Positions 28,038-39,048 are shown, counted from the stretch's first letter. The stretch: 52,312 nt of DNA from Promethearchaeota archaeon (GCA_016840165.1 JAEOSU010000028.1:1-52312); one strand, 5' to 3'. Notes: generated from the sequence alone by a model not told the origin. Made by a program: numbers and translations.

Positions 28038-28958
28038 ATGGAAAATGTATATGAGGAGTTTATGGTATATGATTTAGAAAATACTGGTGAACGCAAAAAA
28101 TTAGATATTAACCAAGATAATTTACAGTTACATTTAAATTCTGAACAAGTGCTAATTATCGTGCGAGAGGATCTCCGTAGAATTTTCATATGGAAAGGTT
28201 CGAAATCTCCAGTTCGCAAAAGATTTATAAGTTCAAAAGTAGCTCAGCAAATACAAAAAGAGCTAATAACGGATGCGCGTTATCATAGATGTAAGATTGT
28301 CTCTATTGATCAAGGTGATGAACTCCAAGAATTCTTGAACGCGTTTAAATTAGAATCAATGGAAGCTACTGAAAGATTACCAGATATGCGTTATATTAGA
28401 AACGTCGAACGAGATCGATTGAAGGAAGAAAAAAAATTAACCAAACAAAAAAATTCTGAAGCGGAATACTATTCCCCCATTTTAGAGGATACAGCTGATG
28501 ATATAATCATGTCTTCTATTCGAATTGGGGACACGAAGCCGTCGCTACTAAAACCCTCAACATTAAAGAAAACGGTTGGTCTTTCAGAACAAGAAGCTGA
28601 CAAAATTAAAGAAAAGATTTTAAAGAAGGATGTTCCACCTAATTATAAAAGACAAAATCTAATTTTAGGTCATACTCTCTATGGAGCAGTTTCAAAAGTT
28701 ACAGAAGTGTTAGGGAGAAATATAGTTGATATCGTATGGGAAAAAGTTAGCAAGCTCCCTGAGGGAATCGTAGAATTAGATAATAATAAATTACGGGTCT
28801 ATATAGATCAAAATAAAGGAATTGTTGAGGCAGTAGAAGTTTTAAAGAAAAGTGATCTAAATAAATCTTCCGAAGACAATAGGCAAAATCAGGAGCAAAA
28901 AGTGAATATTAGGAGAGAGCTTCCAAAAATTCCTTCTAATAAATCAAGTGAAAACTAG
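28038..28958 (+). CDS. Single gelsolin-domain protein with additional C-terminal domain
   Basis: LNSEQVLII...IFIWKGSKS...IDQGDELQEFL gelsolin signature. Confidence 0.8.
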   Translation: MENVYEEFMVYDLENTGERKKLDINQDNLQLHLNSEQVLIIVREDLRRIFIWKGSKSPVRKRFISSKVAQQIQKELITDARYHRCKIVSIDQGDELQEFLNAFKLESMEATERLPDMRYIRNVERDRLKEEKKLTKQKNSEAEYYSPILEDTADDIIMSSIRIGDTKPSLLKPSTLKKTVGLSEQEADKIKEKILKKDVPPNYKRQNLILGHTLYGAVSKVTEVLGRNIVDIVWEKVSKLPEGIVELDNNKLRVYIDQNKGIVEAVEVLKKSDLNKSSEDNRQNQEQKVNIRRELPKIPSNKSSEN

Positions 28959-28998
28959 TTTTTAAAATTTGAAACTAAAAAGTAGAAAAGAAAAAGAT

Positions 28999-29751
28999 TT
29001 ATAATTTGTAATAATCATCTTCTTTCATTTCTTCTGAAAATTCCAATTTTTCATCTTGTTCTTCTTCATAATCCATTTTTTCTTGCTTCTCCTCAGCTGG
29101 CTCAAAGTCCTCTTCATCAATTTCTGGTTGTTCTGGTTCCTCTGGTTGTTCTGGTTCCTCAGGTTGTTTTTCGATTTCCAAATCCTCCTCTTTTTCAGCT
29201 TTTAATTCAGCTTTTATTTCTTGTTTTTCTGGCTTGTTTTTCTTTTTAATCTTCTTTAATCCTTCAATTGCCTCTTTTCTTACAATCGGGCTCTTATCTT
29301 TCAATGCTTTTGCTAATACATCAAGAGAGATAATATGGTGGAGATCACCTAATTCATCAGCTGCTTCCTTTCTTACATTCTCATCAGGATCATTGAGTAA
29401 GATATATGCTAATACCCCTAATACTTCAAGCTCTCCAAAATCTCCAAGAGTATCTACGGCATCTTTCCTTACATCCGCATTAGGATCTGTTAATGCTGTT
29501 TTCGCAAGTTCCCGCATTGCACGATCCGCATCCTGCATCGGTCGGAGTCCACTTAGATCTACGCCACAAAATTTACAAAAATTGTGGTTTAAGCTAATGA
29601 TTTTACCGCACGATGGACAAATTCGATTTAAATTAAAATCAATTTTAGGAGTTTGATGATTTACCGGCATTTTTCTTTCACTTGGTTGATTACTCATTCT
29701 ATATGGATTATTATGAGGATTAGGATAATTATTATGATTTCCCATTTTCAC
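28999..29751 (-). CDS. Zinc-ribbon + HEAT/PBS-lyase repeat protein with acidic tail
   Basis: CPSCG...FCKFCG; DPNADVRKDAVDTLG, DPDENVRKEAADELG, DKSPIVRKEAIEGL. Confidence 0.85.
   Translation of the reverse strand: MKMGNHNNYPNPHNNPYRMSNQPSERKMPVNHQTPKIDFNLNRICPSCGKIISLNHNFCKFCGVDLSGLRPMQDADRAMRELAKTALTDPNADVRKDAVDTLGDFGELEVLGVLAYILLNDPDENVRKEAADELGDLHHIISLDVLAKALKDKSPIVRKEAIEGLKKIKKKNKPEKQEIKAELKAEKEEDLEIEKQPEEPEQPEEPEQPEIDEEDFEPAEEKQEKMDYEEEQDEKLEFSEEMKEDDYYKL
29123..29168 (-). repeat. 18-bp coding tandem repeat (QPEEPE, about 2.5 copies)
   Basis: tctggttgttctggttcc twice plus a partial copy. Confidence 0.9.
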
Positions 29752-29878
29752 ATTTCACATTTCTATTTTGGTTATTGTATATTAAGTATACATTTAACTA
29801 ATTTATTTAAATTATCGTAGTCCAATAATTGAAGATTTATTATTTAGACTATACAAAAAAAGAAAAAGAAAGAAGTTA

Positions 29879-30940
29879 TTATGCGAGTGTAATTTCCTTA
29901 CATAAATACACATCTTGTACTGCATTCAGAATTTTAATTCCTTCCGGTGTTGATTTTTTAAAAGCTTTTCGTCCTAAAATTAATCCCATTCCACCAGATC
30001 GTTTATTAATGACTGCTGCTGTCACTGCATCTTGTAGATCGCTTCCTCCAGACTCTCCTCCAGAATTAATCAACCCTACACGACCCATAAAACAATTTGC
30101 CACTTGATAACGATTCCATTCAAGAGGATGATCGGTAGCTAATTTTTCATAGACAAGTTTATCTGTTTTACCAAAATTTAAATCTAAAAAGCCACGATTG
30201 AGAGTTGAAATTTTTTGTTTAACAATGTCCGCTTCGATGGTGACCCCAAGATAGTTAGCTTGACTTTCTAAATCGTTAGCAGTGTGATAATCTTTTCCAT
30301 CCTTTATGAATTCTTCTTTATTTCTTAAATAACACCAGAGTACGCAAACAAGTCCCAACTCGTGAGCATATCTGAAAGCTTCAGAAGTCTCTTGAATCTG
30401 CCTTCTTGACTCTTGAGAACCAAAATATATGGTAGAACCCACTCCTACTGCACCCATATCCCAGGCTTGATCTACACTAGCAAACATTGTCTGATCAGAT
30501 ATGGTTGGCTTTGAAAGTATTTCATTATGATTCAATTTCACTATAAATGGTACTTTTCGGGCATATCTACGGCTCATCGATCCTAACACTCCTAGTGTAG
30601 ATGCAACACCATTGCATCCACCGTCAACCGCCAATTTAATTATATTCTCAGGATCGAAGTAGGAAGGATTCACAGCAAAGCTTGCACTTGCTGTATGTTC
30701 GATTCCTTGATCTACTGGTAGAATGGAAACATATCCCGTCCCCGCTAATCTTCCTCTTTGATTAAATAGGCGCTCCATGTTATTTAAGAATAAATTATTA
30801 CGATCAGACTGTTCCAATACTCTCTCAATATAGTCAGGTCCAGGTTGATGAATCATATCTTTGGGAATACCGGTACAAGTATGCTTAAGTAATTTTTCGG
30901 CATCAGATCCTAGAATTTTCTTAATATCTTCATAATTCAT
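29879..30940 (-). CDS. fbaB: Class I fructose-bisphosphate aldolase (DhnA/FbaB type)
   Basis: [35 protein letters not shown]. Confidence 0.93.
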   Translation of the reverse strand: MNYEDIKKILGSDAEKLLKHTCTGIPKDMIHQPGPDYIERVLEQSDRNNLFLNNMERLFNQRGRLAGTGYVSILPVDQGIEHTASASFAVNPSYFDPENIIKLAVDGGCNGVASTLGVLGSMSRRYARKVPFIVKLNHNEILSKPTISDQTMFASVDQAWDMGAVGVGSTIYFGSQESRRQIQETSEAFRYAHELGLVCVLWCYLRNKEEFIKDGKDYHTANDLESQANYLGVTIEADIVKQKISTLNRGFLDLNFGKTDKLVYEKLATDHPLEWNRYQVANCFMGRVGLINSGGESGGSDLQDAVTAAVINKRSGGMGLILGRKAFKKSTPEGIKILNAVQDVYLCKEITLA

Positions 30941-30975
30941 GATTATATCAAATTCTTGTTTTAGTATATTTTTTT

Positions 30976-31356
30976 ATGGATTATAGTGTAAAAGTTTTTC
31001 TTAATAGATATTTTTTGTCCTCTATGCCCGATGAGTTTGATTTTAAAGATTATAAATCACTCGAAGAGTATGCCGAAACGTTAGAAGGAAGTAAATATTT
31101 CCATGGATTATATCTTCGAGCAGTTAATCATCCTATCAGGCGTCAAATCTTACATTTAGTAAATGAAAGAGAGAAAGTGTCAAAAGTTGAGCTTTTTCAC
31201 GAACTTCAAAATGAAAACTTAGTAAATGAACTTTCTATTTTGGAGTACAACTTAGATTTTTTAGTGAAAGCTCTCTGTATAGAAAAAGTCAACCAAAACT
31301 CTGAAATTTATTATGTAATTACCCAATTAGGGAAAGTTATTGAATATTTAAAATAA
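30976..31356 (+). CDS. ArsR-like winged-helix protein (likely start 31024)
   Basis: AVNHPIRRQIL...ITQLG. Confidence 0.75.
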   Translation: MDYSVKVFLNRYFLSSMPDEFDFKDYKSLEEYAETLEGSKYFHGLYLRAVNHPIRRQILHLVNEREKVSKVELFHELQNENLVNELSILEYNLDFLVKALCIEKVNQNSEIYYVITQLGKVIEYLK

Positions 31357-31380
31357 GAAAACTACAAAAGGTTAAATAGA

Positions 31381-31659
31381 ATGAGTGAACCAAAAAAAGT
31401 AGGTCACGCCCAGCATTTAAAAGCAGTGAATCATCCTATTAGAAGAGAAATGCTTAAACGTATAAACGACGTGACTGTTATCTCTAAAGAGGACTTGTTT
31501 CAAGATCTTAAGAATAGCAAAATTGTTGAGCAAGAAGAGGTTTTTGATTACAATATGCAGTTCCTTATTCAAGCTCAATGTGTCAAAATGAACACGAACA
31601 ATAAAAAAGTGTCTTATGAAATTTTACCAGGGGGAAAAGTTATTGAAAATTTTTATTAA
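31381..31659 (+). CDS. ArsR-like winged-helix protein, paralog of the upstream gene
   Basis: AVNHPIRREML...ILPGG. Confidence 0.75.
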   Translation: MSEPKKVGHAQHLKAVNHPIRREMLKRINDVTVISKEDLFQDLKNSKIVEQEEVFDYNMQFLIQAQCVKMNTNNKKVSYEILPGGKVIENFY

Positions 31660-31668
31660 TTCTTTTTT

Positions 31669-32130
31669 TTACTCTTCAAAATATTTTTTAAAACAATTAC
31701 AGCAAGGAACCCCAAAATTAAATTTTATTTTATAATACTTAAGTCTCATCAAATTAAGTAATGCATCCTTCATTACTCGTTTATCCTCATTAAAGTATAA
31801 TTTCTTAAGATAGAGATAATGGTTTTGATTGCCACAAATAGGACATATTGAGAATTTTCGAATAAAATCGAAAAATACCTGCCTTTCGGACTCACTTAAT
31901 GCTTGTAACTTCGCATCAGGATTATTTATTATAACTTCCTTCAGACGGTTCAATTCAGCTAACATTTCATGTTTAAGTAAATCAGAATCTTTTATAGTTA
32001 GGTTCTTTTGTGAATTTATATTTTCATTTGAAAGCTGATCAACTGGATAGTCAAAATATTCCAAAGCTTGATTAAAAAAAATCAAACCATCTTTTGAGCT
32101 TCGAGTATCCTCATTCAATGTCTTTATCAC
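31669..32130 (-). CDS. Hypothetical Zn-binding protein
   Basis: CPICG...PCCNC. Confidence 0.7.
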   Translation of the reverse strand: MIKTLNEDTRSSKDGLIFFNQALEYFDYPVDQLSNENINSQKNLTIKDSDLLKHEMLAELNRLKEVIINNPDAKLQALSESERQVFFDFIRKFSICPICGNQNHYLYLKKLYFNEDKRVMKDALLNLMRLKYYKIKFNFGVPCCNCFKKYFEE

Positions 32131-32153
32131 TCACCATGGTGAGATTTTTTTAA

Positions 32154-33437
32154 TTATATGAATTTAAAACTTTTTTGTTTACTACCAAATAAATCATCTT
32201 CTCTTTCTTCCTTAAGACGTCTTATATCCATCACTTTTGAGGGGGCAAAATATTCAAAATCAAATTTAACATCATCTCCTGATTCTTTGCCTGGAATTGG
32301 CATTAATCGGGCAGTTAAAGGTTTCTTTAACCGTAGAGATATAGTACAAATATCCAATAAGATATAAAAAAGTTCTTTAATTGTAACGTCGCCAGGTAAA
32401 GGAACACAATCAAGACCGGTACCACACATAGTTGCATATAATAAAAGAGTATCAAGATTAAAATTATTCTCAGATAAGCTTTTCGCAATTGTATAATCCT
32501 CTAATACTGAGGGCATAAATCCGCTAAAACCAATAGTCTTCTCTTTTAGTGGTATAGCATTCTTTATAAGTGCAACAGCTATGAGCGAGCCAGGAGCGCC
32601 AAAATATTCAAAATTTAAATTTTCAATGGCAGTTCCGATGCTTTGATCAAGTTTAGGATAAGGTGCAGGTGACATATCGATTCCGTGAAATAAAATTTCA
32701 TGTTCCTTACTCACAGTTTCACAGAGCGGGACTAGTTTCTCATATATTTCTTCAAATTTTGCTTTTAATGAAATCTGGATTTCCTCAAATGAATTTAAAG
32801 CCTCGAACACTCCTACAACTTCATCAGCCATTTCTAATGCGATAGAAAAGGAAGGTTTTTCCATTAAGTGGTAAGCTGCTGGAAAAAAGGGAGTATCCGG
32901 TTTTACATTTGTACTTACACAAAACCTTAAATTGTTGAATGGATCTGGTTCCGAAAGCTTTTTAATTATCTTTGCTCCTGATTTTAAGGCTGAAAGATTG
33001 ATCCCATTATCATTAGAAGCAACATGTAATGATGAGAAGAATTTTTCCTTTCGCTTAATAAATTGAGGGACCTCATTCAAAAAGAGACTTTCATAAATAC
33101 CGTATTTCGCCATTTGTATGTCTGCTAAGACTGCACATGACGCAAAGTAGTCAATCTCATATTTATTAATCAAATTTTCAACGATAGCCAATTGATCATG
33201 AAAATTTACTAAAACTTTATTTAGATTTTGATCAAAAACTTGCTCCTCATAAGATAAAAGGGGTTGAGAGCATAATCTTTTGGTTTGAACTTCAATATCT
33301 AGTCGACGAAATTTATCTACCAAATCACTATTCAATATAGAAAATTTCTGAAGTGATTCTTCTAAACTTCTTTCAAGAAGATTATTATCAGATAAGTAAG
33401 GAATTTTTTGACCGATTGTTATCGCACGAATTTTCAT
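32154..33437 (-). CDS. DUF711 family (PFL/RNR-like barrel) protein
   Basis: MKIRAITIG, PFFPAAYH, GFSGFMPSVLED, MCGTGLDCVPLPG, TARLMP. Confidence 0.85.
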   Translation of the reverse strand: MKIRAITIGQKIPYLSDNNLLERSLEESLQKFSILNSDLVDKFRRLDIEVQTKRLCSQPLLSYEEQVFDQNLNKVLVNFHDQLAIVENLINKYEIDYFASCAVLADIQMAKYGIYESLFLNEVPQFIKRKEKFFSSLHVASNDNGINLSALKSGAKIIKKLSEPDPFNNLRFCVSTNVKPDTPFFPAAYHLMEKPSFSIALEMADEVVGVFEALNSFEEIQISLKAKFEEIYEKLVPLCETVSKEHEILFHGIDMSPAPYPKLDQSIGTAIENLNFEYFGAPGSLIAVALIKNAIPLKEKTIGFSGFMPSVLEDYTIAKSLSENNFNLDTLLLYATMCGTGLDCVPLPGDVTIKELFYILLDICTISLRLKKPLTARLMPIPGKESGDDVKFDFEYFAPSKVMDIRRLKEEREDDLFGSKQKSFKFI

Positions 33438-33542
33438 GTTGCGTTTGTAAATATAATTGAATTATCTAGTAAATTTGATTTAAAGCTAAGTTATTAATAA
33501 GATTTATAGAATAAATAATTAAATATTTAAGAAAGTTATCGC

Positions 33543-35954
33543 TTAAATTTCGTCTAATTTGGCTTTTTCTTCTTCTTTTCTTTCTTCCATTACAGGTTTA
33601 ATATATTCATTTGGTTTAATTGGACCTAATTGTTTGAGTTCTTTATTGAACTCATTTATAACTTTAGCATATTTTTCGCCCTCTCCCGCAGAAATACTCA
33701 CAATTTTAACCCGATGTTCATTAATCCCCGATTCTGCTAACATATCCTTTATACTAGCATACCTAGTCTTCGTTTTCAAAAAGCCCGTGTCATAATGGCA
33801 ATCTTGCTCATAACATCCAGCAATCAAAACACCATCTGCGCCTTGGAAAAAACTTTCAAATATTAATGCTGGATCTAACATTGCAGTACACATAACATGA
33901 ACTACTCTTATATTTGATGGATAGGTAATTTTACTCGTTCCCGCGAGATCTGCCCCCACATAAGAACACCAATTACATAAGAATGCAATGATGAGGGGAA
34001 ATTCTTGTTTATTTTCTCCCAAAACTTTGCTAATTTGATTGCGTATTTGATCTTGTCGAAATCCAGGAATAAAAAGTGCATCATTAGGACACATCGCTGC
34101 GCAGGCACCGCAACCTGAGCAGTTTGCTTGTGTAAGAGTTAATTTTTTACCCTCAATCTTAATTGCATTAAAGCGGCATATTTCCTCACACAAACGACAA
34201 AGATCACATTTTTCTGGATCATAATATACGATATGAGGGTCTAATTCTACTTGACCTCTGGAAAGTAAAGCCACGGATTTAGCTGCGGCACTTTCAGCTT
34301 GAGCAATACTACTTGGAATATCTTTCGGTCCTTGAATTGCTCCAGCTATAAAAATACCGTTTACTGAGGTTTCGGAGGGTTTAATTTTTAAATGCTTTTC
34401 CAATAAGAATCCATAATTATCCTGAGAGATGTTAAGAATTTTACTAAGTTTATCGGTATCGAGGGCGGGTTCTATACCAATTGCTAAAACAACTAAATCA
34501 GTTTCACTTTCAAATATTTTATCTTCAATAATGTCCTCTCCACGTATTAATAATCTACCCTCTTTTGATAAATCACTTTTCAGGATTGCAGACACATTAC
34601 TTTTAATAAATCGAATTCCAAAAACCTCTCGTCCTCTATTATAAAACTCTTCGCAATTTTTTCCTATCGCTCTGATATCGGTGTAATAAATATTAATTTT
34701 TGTTTCAGGATGTTCCTTTTTGATTAATACTGCTTGCTTTATTGCAGTATTACAACACACCTGGGAACAATATTCACGATGAATCACTTTATTCCTTGAA
34801 CCAACACATAAAATAAAGGATACATTTTTTGGTATAGCTCCATTCGATGGTTTGACAACTCTTCCACGTGTAGGACCATCGCTATTGAGCAATCTTTCGA
34901 GTTGCAAGGTTGTAATAACATCAGCATATTGTTCATAATTTAACTCACCTAAGATGGTAGGATCAAAAGTTTTATATCCCGTAGCGACAATTATCGAGCC
35001 AACTTTTATCTTGAAATGTTCTGGTTGTTGATCGAAATCAATTGCGTCTCGATCACATGCTTGAGCGCACGCTTTGCACCCAATACATTCCTCTTCTATA
35101 ATATTTGGAAGTAAAGGTATTGCTTGGGGATATACAATGTCTATTGCTTTTCTTGGGAAAAATGTATCCTCAATATCGATAGGACACACCTCTCTACAAA
35201 TATCAACACAGCCAACACAATTTTCTTCTACAATATAGCGAGGATACTTTACGATTGACACCTCAAAATTTCCTACAAATCCCTCTACTTTCTCTACCTC
35301 GGAATAAGTATATAACTCAACATTAGGATGATCTTTTACCTCACTCATAAGAGGACCGAGAATACAAATACTGCAATCTAATGTTGGGAATGTTTTATCA
35401 AATAACGCCATGTGTCCTCCAATGGTCAAATCTTTTTCAACTAAATAAACTTTATATCCCGCATCAGCAATTGCTAAAGCTGCTTTAATTCCTGCTATAC
35501 CTCCCCCAATAATTAATGTCGATGGAGTAATCATAGCATGTTGTACTTCTAATGGCTCTAGCAATTTCACATGCTCAATAGCCATATTTATCTGATCGAT
35601 TGCCTTTTTCGTTGCTTTCTCCGGATTGTCACTATGTACCCATGAATTCTGTTCCCGAATATTCGCAAAAGAAACTAGAAATCGGTTGATCCCTGCTTTC
35701 TCAATCGTTTTCCGAAATAATAAACCATGCAGTTTAAACGAACAAGCGGCAATAACAACTCTGTCAATTCCATTCTCCTTAATCTCTTCGGTGATTTTGT
35801 TCAATCCAACCTCTGAACATAAATATTGTTCTCCAATCACATGGACTTCTGGAATCTTCTTAAAATATTCAATTAAATGTTGATTGTCTATAACTCCGCT
35901 TATATTTTTTCCACAATCACAAATAAATAATCCAATCTTCATGTTATTAACCAC
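33543..35954 (-). CDS. hdrA: Heterodisulfide reductase subunit A fused to MvhD
   Basis: IGGGIAG FAD motif, DKTFPTLDCSICI, CVGSR, YCSQVCC, GPKDIP; C-terminal FLCNWCSYVGAD (MvhD). Confidence 0.93.
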   Translation of the reverse strand: MVNNMKIGLFICDCGKNISGVIDNQHLIEYFKKIPEVHVIGEQYLCSEVGLNKITEEIKENGIDRVVIAACSFKLHGLLFRKTIEKAGINRFLVSFANIREQNSWVHSDNPEKATKKAIDQINMAIEHVKLLEPLEVQHAMITPSTLIIGGGIAGIKAALAIADAGYKVYLVEKDLTIGGHMALFDKTFPTLDCSICILGPLMSEVKDHPNVELYTYSEVEKVEGFVGNFEVSIVKYPRYIVEENCVGCVDICREVCPIDIEDTFFPRKAIDIVYPQAIPLLPNIIEEECIGCKACAQACDRDAIDFDQQPEHFKIKVGSIIVATGYKTFDPTILGELNYEQYADVITTLQLERLLNSDGPTRGRVVKPSNGAIPKNVSFILCVGSRNKVIHREYCSQVCCNTAIKQAVLIKKEHPETKINIYYTDIRAIGKNCEEFYNRGREVFGIRFIKSNVSAILKSDLSKEGRLLIRGEDIIEDKIFESETDLVVLAIGIEPALDTDKLSKILNISQDNYGFLLEKHLKIKPSETSVNGIFIAGAIQGPKDIPSSIAQAESAAAKSVALLSRGQVELDPHIVYYDPEKCDLCRLCEEICRFNAIKIEGKKLTLTQANCSGCGACAAMCPNDALFIPGFRQDQIRNQISKVLGENKQEFPLIIAFLCNWCSYVGADLAGTSKITYPSNIRVVHVMCTAMLDPALIFESFFQGADGVLIAGCYEQDCHYDTGFLKTKTRYASIKDMLAESGINEHRVKIVSISAGEGEKYAKVINEFNKELKQLGPIKPNEYIKPVMEERKEEEKAKLDEI

Positions 35955-36075
35955 TTATTCAGATGATTTTTTTCGGTATTTTATGAGTATTATAAAGGAA
36001 GGTTTTTATTAATTATTCCTAATAATGCATACAAGATAATTCTAACTCTTGCGTTAAATAAATAGAATAAAGAAA

Positions 36076-36669
36076 TTACTTATCAATCATATCCTCGGTT
36101 AAGAACGGATACACCTTTAATATATTAAAATCATTTTTCCGCATCTCGATAAAGTACTCCTTTTCTATTCGATATTCCTCGTTTGCCCAGGATAATATCT
36201 CTCTTCTGCTATAATAATGACCTTGTAACAAGCGCAGTCCCTTACATTTCTTACTGTAATTAATAACATTTTTTCTACTAGAAACCATCATTTTCCAAAA
36301 AGGAAAACAGCGACATTGGAATGGGCGCGCTTGATGAACAGTACATCGGCTATTTACTAAAAAATGACAATGCTCATCTTCTCCCGTAAAAGAAAAAGCT
36401 AATGTATTAAATCGAAAAGTTTTACCCCTTTCAGCGTTATCTTCCTTCCAAAAGAAGGTATTTTCAATTACTTTAAGATATCTTTTCGCGAATTTTCGTA
36501 AGCCATTGTTACCTGTTAAATTTAGGAATTTCGCTAGCCTATAAATATCGTTCCGATACAGAAAAACTTCGCCCTCATCGAATCCACGACAGCAATCACC
36601 GCACATCTGGCATGAAAAGTTAACACCATGTTCAAACATTTTTGCTAATTTAAAATTCGTGAAAGTCAA
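36076..36669 (-). CDS. YkgJ family Fe-S/Zn cysteine-cluster protein
   Basis: CQMCGDCC...CHFL...CTVHQARPFQCRCFPF. Confidence 0.88.
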   Translation of the reverse strand: MTFTNFKLAKMFEHGVNFSCQMCGDCCRGFDEGEVFLYRNDIYRLAKFLNLTGNNGLRKFAKRYLKVIENTFFWKEDNAERGKTFRFNTLAFSFTGEDEHCHFLVNSRCTVHQARPFQCRCFPFWKMMVSSRKNVINYSKKCKGLRLLQGHYYSRREILSWANEEYRIEKEYFIEMRKNDFNILKVYPFLTEDMIDK

Positions 36670-36747
36670 GATACTCGCATTATTGTATTAGGTAATCTTT
36701 AAATAATAAATATAGCTAAGAATAATTTATATTTTAATATTAATTAA

Positions 36748-39048
36748 TTGATTGTCTTAAGAAACTTTTACAAGGTTTTACATTTTTTGGATAAATTAAA
36801 CACTTTAAATACAAATAATGGTATAAATTTTAAAGAATTCGAGAAATTAACCATTGAATTGGAAGTTTTTTTGGATAAAGAATCTTATAATGAACAAAAC
36901 TGCTTTAAAGAATGGACTCGGACATATACGTCGATTTATGGTAAAGAAAATACATCACTGCAAGTTTATACTATATTTACTCAAATTTTTTATATCATAC
37001 ACTTATTTATACTCCGATATCTATTAATTAATCGTGAAAACGCAAGATCCAAAAAACCCAAGCTGATAAATGTAAAAGAGATCCAAAATTCTTTCTTAAA
37101 TGAATTTTTTACAGATATTACTTTCTTAAATCTTTATTTTTTACCACTTATAGAGTTCTTGGAGGAAAAACAAGCATTTTTCCTCGAGAAACTCACCCAA
37201 TATACGTTTCACAATCTTTTTAATACAAGCATTAAACCCGAATATTTATTCGATCTCTTACTCCAACGAGTTTTAAATCCCAAATTACGCCATTATTCAG
37301 GGGAATTTTATACACCCCCATTTTTGGTAAAGAAAATGGTTACAGAATCGTATAAATTTAGAGAAAGAGTACTGGATCCTAGTTGTGGTACTGGTAATTT
37401 TCTAATCGAAATTGTTAAATCAATCTTATCTGCAAAAAAGCCAGATATGGAAATCAAAAGGGCTTTAGAAAATGTTTATGGTTTTGATTTAAATCCTATG
37501 TCAATTTTGTTGACAATTGTCAATATAACTTTTTTAGCTGGAAATAAAGCAAACAAAATTGGGACTCATTTTATCTTAACAGATAGTTTATTTTATGAAA
37601 TGGATTTAAATCATGAAAAATTCGACCTAATTATCGGTAATCCTCCATGGTACACCTTTAGAGATATCGATTCGATTTATTATCAAAATCAAATTAAATT
37701 ATTAGCAGCTGATTTGGGAATTAAACCATCATCTAAAAATGTATTAAATATCGAGATTGCCTCGCTCTTTTTTTATAAAGCTAAGAAGTCATTTATGAAA
37801 CAAAATGCAAAGATCTTTTTTGTTATTACTAAGGGAGTAATTACTGGTTCACATGCCTCACGGTTTCGTCAATTTAAAGGATTTAAAGACGTTAAAATAT
37901 GGTTATTCGATAAAAAAATAGAACACATTTTTCATATTGATTTTATATGTTTATATGCACGTAAAGGTGATTCTCTTAAAAATCTAACGGAACTTCGATT
38001 TCCCTCAATTTATTTTGATTTAGAACAGTCAATTGATCAAATTGATTATTTTGATGATGTTAAATTAAAAATTATAAAGAAAGAGATATTAGTACCATAT
38101 TCAGTTGAGCAAATAGGTAATAATGTTTATGTCCATAAGTTAATTCCTATTAAAGATTATCAGCGACTTATCCCACTTGAACCGAGTATTTATAAAAAGC
38201 AATTTCATAAAGGGGCAGATTTAAATCCCCGAAATTTGATATTTATTACATTTCGCTCGAAAAATGATTCTTTAGCAATTATCAACCCTGATGAACGAAT
38301 ATTTAAACGAGCAAAATCGCCTTGGAATAAAAAAGTATTTCATAATTCGTTTATCGAGAAAGAGTATATTTTTAAAGTTATAAAAAGCACGGAATTGGTT
38401 AAATTTACTATTTTCAATTTTTATCACGTATTTTTACCACTATCGAGAAAGAATTACCAGTTTAATTATGATAATTTAAAGCACAATGCGAAAGCATTTT
38501 ATGATAAAATTGACCAATATTATATGAGCCATAAAAAGATAACGACTAAACATTCAACATTGATGGACAATCTTAATAGGTGGGGTAAATTAATCAATAA
38601 GCGTCAATTTACTCCTCTCAAGGTTGTATATAATAATTCTGGTTCCATTTTAAGTGCGGCAGTAGTACATGGAGATTTTCTAATCACAGGAGATCTTTCA
38701 TTTTATTCCACAGAATATATAGATGAAGCTTATTACTTATCAGCGATTTTGAACTCAAATCTTATCAACCAACAAATAAGGATTAAAAAAAGCTCAAGGC
38801 ACATTTTTAAAATTCCTTTTGAAAATCCCATCCAAAAGTATGATAGCAAGAACATATCTCATCAAAAATTAGCGCAATTAGGGTTTCAAGGAGAAAAAAT
38901 TGCTAAAGCTCTAAAAAATGAGTTAAATCCCAAAAATAGTGCCCTTATATCGCGGTTTAAACTCCAGAATTTACTAACAGAAAAGATAAAGTCTATATTA
39001 ACGCAGATTGATGAGTATTTAAAACCTCAATTTTTCAACTCAAAATAA
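36748..39048 (+). CDS. N6-adenine DNA methyltransferase with fused specificity region (type IIG/Eco57I-like, no evident nuclease)
   Basis: GEFYTP, LDPSCGTGNFL, IIGNPPW, YLSAILNS. Confidence 0.85.
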   Translation: MIVLRNFYKVLHFLDKLNTLNTNNGINFKEFEKLTIELEVFLDKESYNEQNCFKEWTRTYTSIYGKENTSLQVYTIFTQIFYIIHLFILRYLLINRENARSKKPKLINVKEIQNSFLNEFFTDITFLNLYFLPLIEFLEEKQAFFLEKLTQYTFHNLFNTSIKPEYLFDLLLQRVLNPKLRHYSGEFYTPPFLVKKMVTESYKFRERVLDPSCGTGNFLIEIVKSILSAKKPDMEIKRALENVYGFDLNPMSILLTIVNITFLAGNKANKIGTHFILTDSLFYEMDLNHEKFDLIIGNPPWYTFRDIDSIYYQNQIKLLAADLGIKPSSKNVLNIEIASLFFYKAKKSFMKQNAKIFFVITKGVITGSHASRFRQFKGFKDVKIWLFDKKIEHIFHIDFICLYARKGDSLKNLTELRFPSIYFDLEQSIDQIDYFDDVKLKIIKKEILVPYSVEQIGNNVYVHKLIPIKDYQRLIPLEPSIYKKQFHKGADLNPRNLIFITFRSKNDSLAIINPDERIFKRAKSPWNKKVFHNSFIEKEYIFKVIKSTELVKFTIFNFYHVFLPLSRKNYQFNYDNLKHNAKAFYDKIDQYYMSHKKITTKHSTLMDNLNRWGKLINKRQFTPLKVVYNNSGSILSAAVVHGDFLITGDLSFYSTEYIDEAYYLSAILNSNLINQQIRIKKSSRHIFKIPFENPIQKYDSKNISHQKLAQLGFQGEKIAKALKNELNPKNSALISRFKLQNLLTEKIKSILTQIDEYLKPQFFNSK

